Below the pieces are notes generated by a model. It saw only the letters and a list, made by a program, of their open reading frames with translations. It was not told where the DNA came from and did no database searches. DNA of 64,000 nucleotides, from the NCBI GenBank assembly GCA_964358155.1, contig CAYHPA010000002.1, positions 3,406-67,405 of the forward strand, given 5' to 3'. Each line of letters starts with the position of its first letter. The first letter of the stretch is position 1. The DNA comes from an uncultured Chitinophaga sp. (lineage in GTDB: Bacteria > Bacteroidota > Bacteroidia > Chitinophagales > Chitinophagaceae). Both the position numbers and the translations under genes were made by a program. Positions 26,455 through 37,344 of this stretch are shown one piece after another.

Positions 26455-27009
26455 CTAGAATCTTAAAACCCCCTTTTTTAATTTTAGTTGATCAACTAAT
26501 TCCTGAATAGAGCTTGTTCTTCCATCAACTAATCCCATAACATAATTAACAAGAGGTCTGCATATTTCATTCCTGTTTTTGTCCATATCTCCAGAACAAA
26601 CATCAGAGTTGACAAAAATGAAATTGCCAACACTCAATATTTCTCCTCCTTGCAAGGGAAAGCAACTTGAAATTTGTTTGATATATTTTGATTTTTTCTT
26701 CGCCGCTAAAGAGTCATCAATAAAGTAAATATCATAGCGTAAATAGGGTCTACTAACTTGATCCCACAAATTGGCAATTGGTTTTTCCCTAAAAAAAGAT
26801 AACCTTCCCATCGGAGGTGAAATGGTATCATTTTTATATCCCCTCCATTCTAGATCTAACTCATAATTCCATAATGAAGCCGTATCTACTTTTGACAAAT
26901 CTATGAATCTGAAAATTTGATCAGTAGTATCATACAATATTGGTATAGGCTTCTGGCCGGAACAATTTCCGAATATTAGGATTGAGAATATTAATAAGAT
27001 ATATCGCAT
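26455..27009 (-). CDS. hypothetical lipoprotein (AT-rich orphan)
   Basis: MRYILLIFSILIFGNCSGQK is a lipobox-like signal. I recognise no family. The codon composition is visibly AT-rich. Confidence 0.5.
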   Translation of the reverse strand: MRYILLIFSILIFGNCSGQKPIPILYDTTDQIFRFIDLSKVDTASLWNYELDLEWRGYKNDTISPPMGRLSFFREKPIANLWDQVSRPYLRYDIYFIDDSLAAKKKSKYIKQISSCFPLQGGEILSVGNFIFVNSDVCSGDMDKNRNEICRPLVNYVMGLVDGRTSSIQELVDQLKLKKGVLRF

Positions 27010-27100
27010 CTGAGAGGGCTTGCTGCCAACTCTGTAATTTACACAACATCTTGTATATTAATTGCTGATACTCACCGACTATTTATACAAATGAATCAAC

Positions 27101-30100
27101 TCACTTCTCCATCCTTATCTCTACCCTCGCCCCTTCTCCTTTCTTGCTTTCAATATGCAGGCTGGCACCCATTGTCTTCAACAGGTCTTTGATGATAAGA
27201 TAGCCGAGGCCATGTCCTTTTTTATTGTCCACATTAGCGGAGGTGATGACCACATCTTCCGCCATCAGCCTTTGTATCTGCTCCGGCGTCATGCCTACGC
27301 CTTCGTCCTGCACAGATATTGTAATATCGGTTTCAGTTTCTTTGGCGCTTACAACGATCTTTCCCTTCTCTGTAAAATGAATGGCATTGGTCAGTAGATT
27401 ATACACAAGGATCTTCAGCGGTTCATAGTATTGCTGTATCTGCTGGTCGGGATGCACCTGATTTTCAATAAGCAGATTTTTTTGTCGTGCCAGCGATTGC
27501 AGTATTCCCAACACCTGGTTTACCATTTCATGCAGGTTGAATTTTTCTTTGGCCATCCTCCTGTTTTCGTTCTGGTATTTTATCCAGTTCAGGATATTGG
27601 TGGAGAGCAGTTGCAGTTCCTGCGAGGTGTTGGTCATTTCCTGTATGGTTTCCTGCTGCAGCTCTTCGGGCATCAGGCTTCTTTTCTCCATCAGGTTCTT
27701 TCCGGCAACGGTCAGAAATTTTAAAGGAGTAACAATATCATGACTGATGATGGAGATAAGCCTTGTCTTGATGCTGTTATTTTTTTCCAGCACTTCATTT
27801 TGTTCCTGCAGCGTCTTTGTTTTTTCTGCCACCTGCTTTTCCAGTTTTCGTTGCCGTATTTGATATTGCCGGGTGCGCCACTGCAGGTACAGGGAGACAA
27901 GTCCGAATAACACAAGCCCGCAAAGCGCATAAAACCACCAGCGCCTTGTCCACGGCGTGCTGATGGTGAATTTTATTTCTTTGTAGGAATAATTGTTGAT
28001 GCCAAATCCGTTCAGTTTTCTTACCAGTATCTTATACCGGCCCGGCGCCAGGTTGTTCAACCGGATAAAAGCGCCGCGGTTTACATCCACGGGAATCCAT
28101 TTCTCAGCATTATTCAGCCGGTATTCCAGGTATATGTTTTCCTTATTGCACCAGGAGGAAAAGCCAAGCCGTATCACAATATCCCTTTCTGCAGAGGGCA
28201 ATGTTTTATCAGCAAGTGAATCGGGATTTATTTTTTTATCTCCTGCCAGGAATTCATCAATGAAAATATTTCCCTCGGGTAAAAGCGGGGTGGCTGTTTC
28301 AGGATTTACCCAAAGCAATCCATCCATGGTAGGAAAAGAAAGGGTCTTGTTTTTCATTACCAATGCACAGGGGGCGCAGCCGCCGTTCATTTCGGTAATT
28401 TCCATTCCGTCGTTTTTTCCGAAATAATGATAATAAACCTGCGGGCTGTTATTTTCAAATGCATCAACCAGGTCAGACAGTTGCGCCTTAAACAGGCCCC
28501 GGTTGCTGCTGATCCAGCAATAACCATTATCATCAGGTACAAAACAGTGGGTGTATAAAAGAAATTTATTTTTATCCAGCGGCATTTCCTTCAGCTTTCC
28601 GTTCTTCCAGATATAATATCCCTTTCCATAGCTGCCGATAAAAACATAATCCTTATACTTCCATAAGCTACGTATGCAATAGCCAAGAGGCTTCAGTAAT
28701 GTGTCGGTTTTGTGTGTCTTGAAATTATAAAGGACCAATCCGTCGCAGGAAGCAACGCCAAAGATGCCCGGTGAAAATTCAAGCATGGCATACGGGGCCG
28801 CAGAAACCTTTTTGGGCGGCTGAGGGGTGAAAACATAGCGGACACTGTCATTTTCCAGGAACCCCACACCGTTTGAAGAAGCAAAATAAAACATGCCATT
28901 GGAGTAAGCCATGGCCATACTCTCCTGTATCGGATGAATTTTACTGTAAACATAAGTTTGCCCCGTCCGATAGTCGTACCGGTGCAAAAGCGCAACCCGG
29001 TAATTTTTATTTACTTGGGCATACCAAAGTAGTGAGTCGTCACTTTTAAAAATGGTGTAATTAAACCTGCCGGTAATAGGCAATGGTCTGGAACTGGTAC
29101 CGGAGGGACCAATAATATGACCTTCATTGGTCAATACATTTCCATCGGGCAATTCCAGTTGGGAGTAGTAGGCATTTCTTTCTCCAATATCAGTATTGAT
29201 ATTTTTAACCGGAGTAATACGGGTTTCCCCAATAATGATTAGTCCCTTGGAATCCGTACCGATGAAAAGTGTTTTATTCTTTTCGCTGTACTGTGCAAAG
29301 CGAATAAAGGAATAGCTGGGAATGACAGAGCAGATGAGCTCAGCTTCCAAAATTCCATTTCTGTAATGCAGCAGCCAGGCATTGTTTCCGGAAAAAAGAA
29401 TGGGATTGTCCATTCCATTGTCCCAGTATAAAAGAAAATTCGGAGAGGTGACCGGAACATCAGCTCCGGTTGTCGTAACCAGTTTAACCGGGTCATAGCG
29501 TTGAAAACTATCAGCTGCTATATACATCCGCCGCTCACTGTCCATTATAAAAAACTGGTTGTCCAGTATAAATGCATTACGGAGACCTGCCGGCGGCGAA
29601 ACTTTGACAAAACCTTCCTGTTTTTCGGAAGTGTAATAAAGCCCGCCCCTGCCATCCACTACTATCAGCGAGGTATCTGTCTGCTGCAGCATTCCGTTCC
29701 AGGGTGATGTTCCGGTTTCGTTTATAAATGCCAGTACTTTTTTTTGCAAATTGGTACCTGAGGCAATAAGAAAAAATCTTTTTTTAAACCCAATGATTTC
29801 CTTCAACTCGGGAAAAGGCTGCTGTAATAATAAGTTGGCATGTACCATTAAAAAGTTTCCGCCCACATCCGCCACATAAATATTACCCTGGTTATTTTTT
29901 ACCATGTAGGCCATTCGCTCATGTGTGAGGCCGGTTGTGTTTTCCTTGGTGAAGTTGGTAAAATCAAGCCCGTTGAACCGGGCAACGCCGGCTTCGGTGG
30001 CAATCCATAGAAACCCGGTTTGTTCATCCCACTGAAGCCCTTTGATACCATTGGACGGCAGGCCATTGTCAGTCGTGAATTGCTGAATAGTATACTGCTT

Positions 30101-30175
30101 TTCCGTTTGCGAAAAAGCGGGAAGAGCAAAGAAAACGCAGAAGAAAACTATTGTAAACAGCCTTGACATAAGCAA
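27101..30175 (-). CDS. sensor histidine kinase with a periplasmic two-component-regulator propeller / Y_Y_Y region
   Basis: It has a signal peptide and a long propeller-like N-terminal region, then a TM helix (WWFYALCGLVLFGLVSLYL). The HisKA H-box is ISHDIVTPL. The ATPase has VQDEGVGM and GHGLGYLIIKDL. Confidence 0.85.
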   Translation of the reverse strand: MLMSRLFTIVFFCVFFALPAFSQTEKQYTIQQFTTDNGLPSNGIKGLQWDEQTGFLWIATEAGVARFNGLDFTNFTKENTTGLTHERMAYMVKNNQGNIYVADVGGNFLMVHANLLLQQPFPELKEIIGFKKRFFLIASGTNLQKKVLAFINETGTSPWNGMLQQTDTSLIVVDGRGGLYYTSEKQEGFVKVSPPAGLRNAFILDNQFFIMDSERRMYIAADSFQRYDPVKLVTTTGADVPVTSPNFLLYWDNGMDNPILFSGNNAWLLHYRNGILEAELICSVIPSYSFIRFAQYSEKNKTLFIGTDSKGLIIIGETRITPVKNINTDIGERNAYYSQLELPDGNVLTNEGHIIGPSGTSSRPLPITGRFNYTIFKSDDSLLWYAQVNKNYRVALLHRYDYRTGQTYVYSKIHPIQESMAMAYSNGMFYFASSNGVGFLENDSVRYVFTPQPPKKVSAAPYAMLEFSPGIFGVASCDGLVLYNFKTHKTDTLLKPLGYCIRSLWKYKDYVFIGSYGKGYYIWKNGKLKEMPLDKNKFLLYTHCFVPDDNGYCWISSNRGLFKAQLSDLVDAFENNSPQVYYHYFGKNDGMEITEMNGGCAPCALVMKNKTLSFPTMDGLLWVNPETATPLLPEGNIFIDEFLAGDKKINPDSLADKTLPSAERDIVIRLGFSSWCNKENIYLEYRLNNAEKWIPVDVNRGAFIRLNNLAPGRYKILVRKLNGFGINNYSYKEIKFTISTPWTRRWWFYALCGLVLFGLVSLYLQWRTRQYQIRQRKLEKQVAEKTKTLQEQNEVLEKNNSIKTRLISIISHDIVTPLKFLTVAGKNLMEKRSLMPEELQQETIQEMTNTSQELQLLSTNILNWIKYQNENRRMAKEKFNLHEMVNQVLGILQSLARQKNLLIENQVHPDQQIQQYYEPLKILVYNLLTNAIHFTEKGKIVVSAKETETDITISVQDEGVGMTPEQIQRLMAEDVVITSANVDNKKGHGLGYLIIKDLLKTMGASLHIESKKGEGARVEIRMEK

Positions 30176-30202
30176 TTTGTCCTGACAAATTACAGCTTCT
30201 CT

Positions 30203-30859
30203 CTAATAGTTCACATTGTACAGCGTGGCAAGTTCCATCAGCTCTTTGATGTTTCCGGCATTTGTCTTATCATAAATGCGGGTTTTGATAGTGGAAACGG
30301 TATTCATTTTCAGGTTGAGCGTATCGGCTATTTCTTTTGTACCATTTCCTTTCAGTATATAGTGGAGTACTTCCAGCTCCCGTGGCGCCAATGTGGTAAA
30401 AGGATTGTCGTGGTGCTGGATATTAGCCCTGCGTACCGGAGCTTCGTTTTTTAAAAATTTTTGAAGCGTAAGTACGATTTCTTCATCTCCTACCGATTTT
30501 GGCAGGTAGTGATTGATGCCGTATTGCTTCAGCGCTTCGCCATATATTTCTGCCGGCTGCATGGAAAAAACGAGAATGTGCAGGTCAGGATATACCCGGC
30601 GGATATTGGGAATTACTTCCAATGTGCTTCCGTCGGAAAGAATAATATCAAGAATAAGGTGAGTGTACTTTTTCTTTACCAGTTCTTGCATCAGGTCGCT
30701 GCAGGTAGCCACCTCCTCAATATCAGTATAGCCCATATTTAGCTGTATGTTCAGCTTTAACCCTTTTCGGATCATGCTATGATCATCGGCTATCAGGATT
30801 TTTGGTTGCATTTTTTTTTCGGCTTCGGCCTGCGGGGCATTTTGTGTACTAATTTCCAT
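30203..30859 (-). CDS. response regulator, NarL/LuxR family (REC + LuxR HTH)
   Basis: KILIADDHSMIRKGL and HLILDIILSDG form the receiver. LAPRELEVLHYILKGNGTKEIADTLNLKMNTVSTIKTRIYDK is a LuxR-type HTH. An alternative start lies at 30811. Confidence 0.9.
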   Translation of the reverse strand: MEISTQNAPQAEAEKKMQPKILIADDHSMIRKGLKLNIQLNMGYTDIEEVATCSDLMQELVKKKYTHLILDIILSDGSTLEVIPNIRRVYPDLHILVFSMQPAEIYGEALKQYGINHYLPKSVGDEEIVLTLQKFLKNEAPVRRANIQHHDNPFTTLAPRELEVLHYILKGNGTKEIADTLNLKMNTVSTIKTRIYDKTNAGNIKELMELATLYNVNY

Positions 30860-30922
30860 AATTTATTGCTCCTTTCTGTAGAATTTATTCTTTGGTCAAA
30901 AAAGCCCTTTGCGGGACAAGGT

Positions 30923-33900
30923 TTATTGTATAATTACCACCGTTCCTTTCAGCATCTGTTTTTTATCGTCATTCAGCTGGATGATGTACACAAATACATC
31001 GTGCGGCTGAAGCAATCCTTTGTATTTACCATTCCAGGGATTACTGATATAGTTCTTCGATTGATATATTTTTTCGCCCCAGCGGTTAAACACTGTTACT
31101 ACCGCATCCGGGTACAAAGCAAGACCAGGAATATTCCAGGTGTCGTTCTTGCCATCGTTATTAGGAGTGAAGCCTGTTGGCACATACAATTTTGAAATGG
31201 GAGCCACTACTGCATTATCTGTTGCTGAGCAAAAAGTGTTTTTATCCGTTGCCTGTATGGTATAGGTGGTAACAACATCTGGCGTAGCGACAGGATTAAG
31301 TACAGCGGGAGAGCTCAGGAAAAAATTCGGTGTCCACAGAAAATCATAATTACCGGGATTAGCTATCGTTGCATCCAGCGTAACAGACGAACCAAGGCTC
31401 ATCATTTTATCAGGTCCTGCATTGATGGCAGGTTCGGGGTTGATGGTAATGTTTCGGGATACCGGCAAGGAGCCACAGCCATTTACATCTGTAATGGTAA
31501 GCGTTGGCGTGAATGTCCCACTGGAAGTATATGGTCTGTTGAATGGGGGAATATTTGTTCCGCTTCCATTGCCAAAGTTCCAGCTCCAAACACTTACACC
31601 CGCCGAAGCAGACGTAAATAGAACTGGCTTTTTCGGACATAGGGTATCAGCTATGATGGTAAACGATGCTGTGGGATTGTTGTGTATGACCGGAATAATG
31701 AACGTAACCGTATCGGGATTGCAGCCAGTGGTAAGTGTTGCCAGGTGTTTAACAGTAATCGGGCTGGCCGATGCAGCATAAGTATGCGTAATGATATTAG
31801 ACGTTGTTGATGTAGTAGTCTGCCCGTCTCCAAAATTCCAGTACCAGGTAATTGGATTACCCGATATGGGAGCAATGGATGATGTGAAAGTGATGGTACT
31901 GTCGGCGCAGGGTTTTCCTGAAGAGGATACTGTAAGAACCGGTGTTGTGCCGGCACTTACGGTAATTGTTTTAGTGGTATCGCCAAAGCAACCGTTATCA
32001 GCGATGATCTGGTAACGTACATCATAGTTTCCGGCAGCGGGATAAAGTTTTTTTGCATTGATCGTATTCTGCGCGGTAGCATCATGGAATGTCCACAGGT
32101 AATTAGTGATAGTAAAACCGGTGGCGGTTGATGCGTTTGTAAAACGGACAGTGTCCCTGAAACACTGGTTGATAAAACTAAAATCTGCCGTTGGCCCCTG
32201 TTTTACCAGTACCCGCAATTCCGCCTTTTCTGTCTGGCTGCAGTTTTCAATAACAGTTGCCGAATATGAAATAGGAATTATATAAGTGCCGGGAGTGGCA
32301 AAAGTAAAATCCTGCTGGAGAGTATAAACATAATAAGTCCGCCCGTTAATCAGTTCAGTACGGATAGGTACCGGGTTGGCAATAATAGAATCTGCATTAG
32401 GAGTAATGCCCGGCACCTGGCTCAGCTTCCAATGTATGGAAGTGGCGGGGTAAGCAATCTTGGCAAAAAGCCGGACAGGTGTTTTGGGACAGGTAAATGT
32501 GTCAATCTGCCCATTACTATTTAGTGTGTTTTTTATCTCGCCGTAAGAATTCAGATTATTGATAAGCGTCCCGGCATTATAACCATAACTTTCATAGGTG
32601 CCCAAACCATAAATGGTGGCATTTAAGGCGGAATCACTTGTAATAGTATGCTGTGCCGCAGGCCCGATAAATCTTGCAAGGGCAACTGAATAGGAAGGAA
32701 AATTTGGATGAGGAATTATTTGTGATGCTGGCAATGGCAGACCATCAACCCGCAATGAGCCAACCGCCACTGTTGGTAATATGATATTAATATATACATA
32801 GGAAATGGCCGGTGATTGCCTGCTGGCAAATAAGCGTACCGATTTCTGCCCTTGCTCAATCGGGCTTAAGTAAAACCATTCCGGATCGCCGTCGGAAGGT
32901 GGTGCCGGAGTGGTTGTCGGAAAATTCCAGCATTGGTTTTTATTTACCGTGTATTGAGAAACCAAAACAGGTTTATCAGATTCAATATAGTCCCCACCGG
33001 TTGAATCCTGAAATTCATAATAAAAATTATTGATCAAACCGGTGAGAACGGCTCCGTTTCTCCTGACAACTGCAGTAGGGTCAGAAACACAGATCCTGTA
33101 ATAATTACGGTTTGTTTCAAGAATGTCTGTATTGGTATTATTAATAGTATGATAAGTCAAATAACGGGTTCCCCAGGCCTGTGCCGGAAAAACTTGTTGC
33201 TGCATATATTCGCCACCATCGCCCCTGCATATCCTGATACCACTTGAGCCAGAAAAGACTGCCATCGGATGACAATTACCATCTGCTCCGACAACTGATT
33301 TTATTTTACTCCCTGTCATGTCTTTGCTGGCAGCCCAGGCCTGGTTATTGCCCGGTACCATTTTCCCAAACACATTATATATTTCACCCTTGTTAAGATT
33401 TACTGTATACGTTTGTCCCGGCAACCATCCGTTCTTTGTAGTATCACTGGGTACAATTTCCACTCTTGTATTATCTTCTGAGGCGATAACGTAGAACCAG
33501 GAATACCAATCAGGGCCATTTTGAATTGTTGGACTTATATTAGGTAATTGCGAGCCTGAAGTTGCCTGGCTATAATTGACAGAATAATATGAGTAACCAT
33601 ATGTTTCCACCGGCATTAACATAGTGGCACCAGATCCCTGCGTTACATACACATGCGCATATACAGCCACCGGAACATCACTGACGATATGTATTCCCTT
33701 TGTAGATAATCCATCTGTAAGAAGACGGGCATCATTAACTCCGGATTTTGGAATAACAATGGAAGCATCAACAGTATTAGCAGGAATATTTAATGTTTGT
33801 GACCAGGCCGTTCCATTGATGGAAACAGTAACAGTTGCTGCCTGCTCTGTACTGATATAAAGAGCCATATCCTGGCCATTCACAGGGATTACTCCGCCGT

Positions 33901-34036
33901 TGTCGTTATTTATAAAAATCCAGTGAAACCCATACCCCAACCAAAACTCCTTTCCCCGGTTTGATTTGTCCTGGGCATCAGCTTGTAAAAAGCTGAAAAG
34001 ACTGATAATTAGTAATGTATATAGACGGAGGGGCAT
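30923..34036 (-). CDS. T9SS type-B cargo: large secreted PKD-repeat protein with a gliding-motility-associated C-terminal domain
   Basis: I chose the ATG at 34036 (MPLRLYTLLIISLFSFLQADAQ). PKD motifs are WYWNFGDGQTT and WSWNFGNGSG. The C-terminus YVPTGFTPNNDGKNDTWNIPGL...VFNRWGEKIYQ...WNGKY...GTVVIIQ is the type-B (CHU_C / TIGR04131-like) sorting domain. Confidence 0.85.
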   Translation of the reverse strand: MPLRLYTLLIISLFSFLQADAQDKSNRGKEFWLGYGFHWIFINNDNGGVIPVNGQDMALYISTEQAATVTVSINGTAWSQTLNIPANTVDASIVIPKSGVNDARLLTDGLSTKGIHIVSDVPVAVYAHVYVTQGSGATMLMPVETYGYSYYSVNYSQATSGSQLPNISPTIQNGPDWYSWFYVIASEDNTRVEIVPSDTTKNGWLPGQTYTVNLNKGEIYNVFGKMVPGNNQAWAASKDMTGSKIKSVVGADGNCHPMAVFSGSSGIRICRGDGGEYMQQQVFPAQAWGTRYLTYHTINNTNTDILETNRNYYRICVSDPTAVVRRNGAVLTGLINNFYYEFQDSTGGDYIESDKPVLVSQYTVNKNQCWNFPTTTPAPPSDGDPEWFYLSPIEQGQKSVRLFASRQSPAISYVYINIILPTVAVGSLRVDGLPLPASQIIPHPNFPSYSVALARFIGPAAQHTITSDSALNATIYGLGTYESYGYNAGTLINNLNSYGEIKNTLNSNGQIDTFTCPKTPVRLFAKIAYPATSIHWKLSQVPGITPNADSIIANPVPIRTELINGRTYYVYTLQQDFTFATPGTYIIPISYSATVIENCSQTEKAELRVLVKQGPTADFSFINQCFRDTVRFTNASTATGFTITNYLWTFHDATAQNTINAKKLYPAAGNYDVRYQIIADNGCFGDTTKTITVSAGTTPVLTVSSSGKPCADSTITFTSSIAPISGNPITWYWNFGDGQTTTSTTSNIITHTYAASASPITVKHLATLTTGCNPDTVTFIIPVIHNNPTASFTIIADTLCPKKPVLFTSASAGVSVWSWNFGNGSGTNIPPFNRPYTSSGTFTPTLTITDVNGCGSLPVSRNITINPEPAINAGPDKMMSLGSSVTLDATIANPGNYDFLWTPNFFLSSPAVLNPVATPDVVTTYTIQATDKNTFCSATDNAVVAPISKLYVPTGFTPNNDGKNDTWNIPGLALYPDAVVTVFNRWGEKIYQSKNYISNPWNGKYKGLLQPHDVFVYIIQLNDDKKQMLKGTVVIIQ

Positions 34037-34165
34037 ATTGTTTTCAAAGCTCAATATTCAATCGTTTCATCACATTTCTGAATAGAATTAATTCTACAAA
34101 CCGGAGATAATTGTTGGTCTAACATTGCCCCTCTCTTTTCTACCAAACATAAAAGATAAACTAAA

Positions 34166-37100
34166 ATGAACAAGAACTGCTTTAGGAAAATGCAACATTA
34201 TCTGCCGATAATTTTATTTTCCTTTTCTTCTGTAATGGGCTTTGGTCAGGGAAATTTCAACACCACGGACTGGAGATTCAGTAATCCTAAGCAATTTGGT
34301 TTTACAGTTTTGGATGTTGATTTTTTTGATAACAACAACGCCATAGCTGTCGGATCTGATGGCGGCATTGCCAAAACCACAGATGGGGGGTCTAACTGGA
34401 CTTATGGGGTTTACACTTTTGTAAATCCGGTTAATGGACTTAGAACAAAAGGAAATTTTAATGATGTACATTTTATTACATCTTCTATAGCTTATGCAGT
34501 TGGCAATACCGGATTAATGATCAAATCCACAGATGGCGGTGTAAACTGGAGCCAGGTTATTACTCCGTTGACCCCAAGTAGCAAGAACATCAATGCATGC
34601 TGGTTTTTGGATGCAAATAAGGGATACATAGGAGGGGAATATAATAATACAGCAGATTCACTGCCAAAATTATATGTTACGCTGAATGGTGGTTCTACCT
34701 GGGATTCCATTGCTGCTCCGGCTGTTAACGGAGTAACCCGTGTTGGCTATATCAATAACCCAAATATTCCTTCGGTACTTTGGCCAGTAGATGCTAAACT
34801 GAAGCAAATCTACAGGATTGAAATTTTACCAAGTGGTGTTGGATATATCTGCGGCCAGGCAAGTCCGCTATTCCCACAGGTTAGCCGAAGGGCTATTTCG
34901 ACTTCCAACTGCTTGCCTGCTACGACTTTTTTAACAACAGGGGCTCATACCGCAGCATTACTATGGAAATTAGAAAACGGTGTCTTAACTGATTATTCAA
35001 TCAGTAAAGAAAGAATAGGATATACCGGAATAAATACCAATACAATTAATTGTACAACCGGTTTTAGTAACCTCAGTCCTGCAGCTCAGACATACAAGGC
35101 AATGAACGTAATCGATGACAATACAGTAGTGATCATGTCATTCAATAATAATACGGTAGTAAAAGTGCAAACCATGGCCACAGACATGACACCGAATGTT
35201 AATAACGGGGGTACATTAGAAAAAGGAAAATACGAGGTTTTGAATTTTCCTTTTCCCCCAACACAGGGTCCTAATGCCGGCCCACCAATTCCTAATCCGC
35301 AGGTTTTGTTAGCATCGAATCCTTCTCAAATAAGAAGAACAAGCAATGGTACGCTTGTGGCCAACGGAAATTTTGGCCGCATGTGGGTTTCAGTTGATAC
35401 CGGAAGAAATTGGGTGCAATCAAGAAGTTTACCTCCCGGTCAAAATTTTAGCAGCAATGGAGTATGGGCATTGGATATAGCGCCCAACGGAAAATTCTTA
35501 TCCATGGGTTCATTGGGTGTTGTAGCGGATTCTTTGCCCGGAGGTTCAGGCTGGAACAGCAATTATGTTACCGTTCCCTTAAGTGCTGCATTTACCAAAT
35601 TTGAATTTGCCGATTGCAATAATGGAGTTGCTACAGGAAGCGGCAACATTAATGTAACAAACGATGGCGGTAAAACATGGTGGGACAGAACAAGGCTGGA
35701 CTTTATTAATAATTTCTACAGTATAGATGGGTTTGCTTACAAAAAGTCAAACCCGGCCCAGGCATATTTTGCAGTCAGCAATGGCACAATATATCATACA
35801 CCCAACCTTAATGTGGCGCCACCTGCACAACCAACCTTAGATCCCGTTTATTCAGATGGATTGATGCAAATGCGTGATGTAGCAACCGCAGGCAATGATA
35901 GTGTATGGGCTGTTGGAGCAAGTAGTTTTAGTGTTCCTTCAGCATCCAGAACTTCCAGAATTTACAGATCAATTAATGGCGGAGCCACATGGAGTGTTTA
36001 CAGTGGTTTTACCGTCGGAACACTACAACCTAACCTTACTGAGATTGAATTCCCAACCAGGCTGATAGGCTATGCTGCCGGAGCGAGGGATACTATTTAT
36101 AAAACTACAGACGGTGGTTTAACCTGGAGCAAACTTCCGTTGCCTACTCCCGGCGTAACGCCACAAATTACATACAGGGATATGTTTGCCCTTGATGCAA
36201 ATACTGTATTCCTTGTTGGCAATGGTTTTCCCAGGCGATTTGTATATCGAACAACAGACGGTGGTGCAACATGGCAGGATATATCCGGCAATATAGTTGC
36301 ACAGGGAGCCGGAAATTTCAATAGTGTATTGTTTCATGATGTAAATAATGGCTATGTGATGACCCCGGGCCTTATGTTCAAAACAACAAATGGAGGTGCT
36401 ACCTGGACGATTGAAGCGCCGCCAACAGGTTGCCTGTTTGAAACAGCAGCCTTTGCTCCTAAAGCAGTACCCGCGGGCACTCCTTTTGCAAATAGAAGAC
36501 TTTTTGTAACCGGTGTAAACATTCAGGGTGCGCCGATCATGGAGTATGGAAACAACGCTAACATAAGTGTGTCATCCACGGAAAACATCACTCCAAGTTG
36601 TGATAATGCTACACAAGGTGTGATCATTGTCAATACCACAGGCGGTATTGCACCTTATACTTACAGTATTAACGGAGGAACTTTCCAGTCTTCCAATACA
36701 TTCAGCAATCTAGCGCCGGGGCCCAAAACGATTGTAATAAGAGATGCGGCCTGCGGAATAATAACGAAGACAGTAGCTGTGCCGGTAAAAGCATCCCCGG
36801 TAGTTGATGCAGGACAGAATATAACAATCGTGGAGGGAGATAATGCAACTTTGCAGGGAAGCAGCAGCGGTACTCCGGCCACCATCGCCTGGACACCGAC
36901 AGCTACAATCACTTCCGGTGCCAACAGCTTTACGCCAATTGTTAAACCTCCGGTAACGGCAACATATACCATGGCAGTAACAGATGTAAACGGATGTGTT
37001 TCCGCAGACAATATGACCGTGACGGTATTGCCATACTGCCTGAAGGTAATGGAAGCCTTTACGCCAAATGGTGATAATATGAATGACAGATGGATAGTTA

Positions 37101-37315
37101 CCAATAATGGCGGGCTTTGTGTAAAACAGATTTATGTAACCGTATTCAACCGTTACGGAAATATTGTTTACAAAAATGATAATTACAATAATAACTGGGA
37201 TGGTACTTACAATGGCAAACCAGTGGCAGACGGGACGTACTACTATATTGTAAACTTCCTGTTGATGAACAGTGCTTATATAACGCTGAAAGGCGATGTA
37301 ACCATTTTAAGATAA
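34166..37315 (+). CDS. T9SS type-B cargo: BNR/Ycf48-like propeller repeats plus a SprB repeat plus a gliding-motility-associated C-terminal domain
   Basis: About nine (T/S)TDGGxxW-type motifs occur (TTDGGSNWTY, STDGGVNWSQ, TTDGGLTWSK, TTDGGATWQD and others). The SprB-type repeat is CDNATQGVIIVNTTGGIAPYTYSINGG. The C-terminus is AFTPNGDNMNDRWIV...VFNRYGNIVY...WDGTYNGK...GDVTILR. Confidence 0.85.
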   Translation: MNKNCFRKMQHYLPIILFSFSSVMGFGQGNFNTTDWRFSNPKQFGFTVLDVDFFDNNNAIAVGSDGGIAKTTDGGSNWTYGVYTFVNPVNGLRTKGNFNDVHFITSSIAYAVGNTGLMIKSTDGGVNWSQVITPLTPSSKNINACWFLDANKGYIGGEYNNTADSLPKLYVTLNGGSTWDSIAAPAVNGVTRVGYINNPNIPSVLWPVDAKLKQIYRIEILPSGVGYICGQASPLFPQVSRRAISTSNCLPATTFLTTGAHTAALLWKLENGVLTDYSISKERIGYTGINTNTINCTTGFSNLSPAAQTYKAMNVIDDNTVVIMSFNNNTVVKVQTMATDMTPNVNNGGTLEKGKYEVLNFPFPPTQGPNAGPPIPNPQVLLASNPSQIRRTSNGTLVANGNFGRMWVSVDTGRNWVQSRSLPPGQNFSSNGVWALDIAPNGKFLSMGSLGVVADSLPGGSGWNSNYVTVPLSAAFTKFEFADCNNGVATGSGNINVTNDGGKTWWDRTRLDFINNFYSIDGFAYKKSNPAQAYFAVSNGTIYHTPNLNVAPPAQPTLDPVYSDGLMQMRDVATAGNDSVWAVGASSFSVPSASRTSRIYRSINGGATWSVYSGFTVGTLQPNLTEIEFPTRLIGYAAGARDTIYKTTDGGLTWSKLPLPTPGVTPQITYRDMFALDANTVFLVGNGFPRRFVYRTTDGGATWQDISGNIVAQGAGNFNSVLFHDVNNGYVMTPGLMFKTTNGGATWTIEAPPTGCLFETAAFAPKAVPAGTPFANRRLFVTGVNIQGAPIMEYGNNANISVSSTENITPSCDNATQGVIIVNTTGGIAPYTYSINGGTFQSSNTFSNLAPGPKTIVIRDAACGIITKTVAVPVKASPVVDAGQNITIVEGDNATLQGSSSGTPATIAWTPTATITSGANSFTPIVKPPVTATYTMAVTDVNGCVSADNMTVTVLPYCLKVMEAFTPNGDNMNDRWIVTNNGGLCVKQIYVTVFNRYGNIVYKNDNYNNNWDGTYNGKPVADGTYYYIVNFLLMNSAYITLKGDVTILR

Positions 37316-37344
37316 CAACAAATCAAAATAAAAAAATTAAGCAA

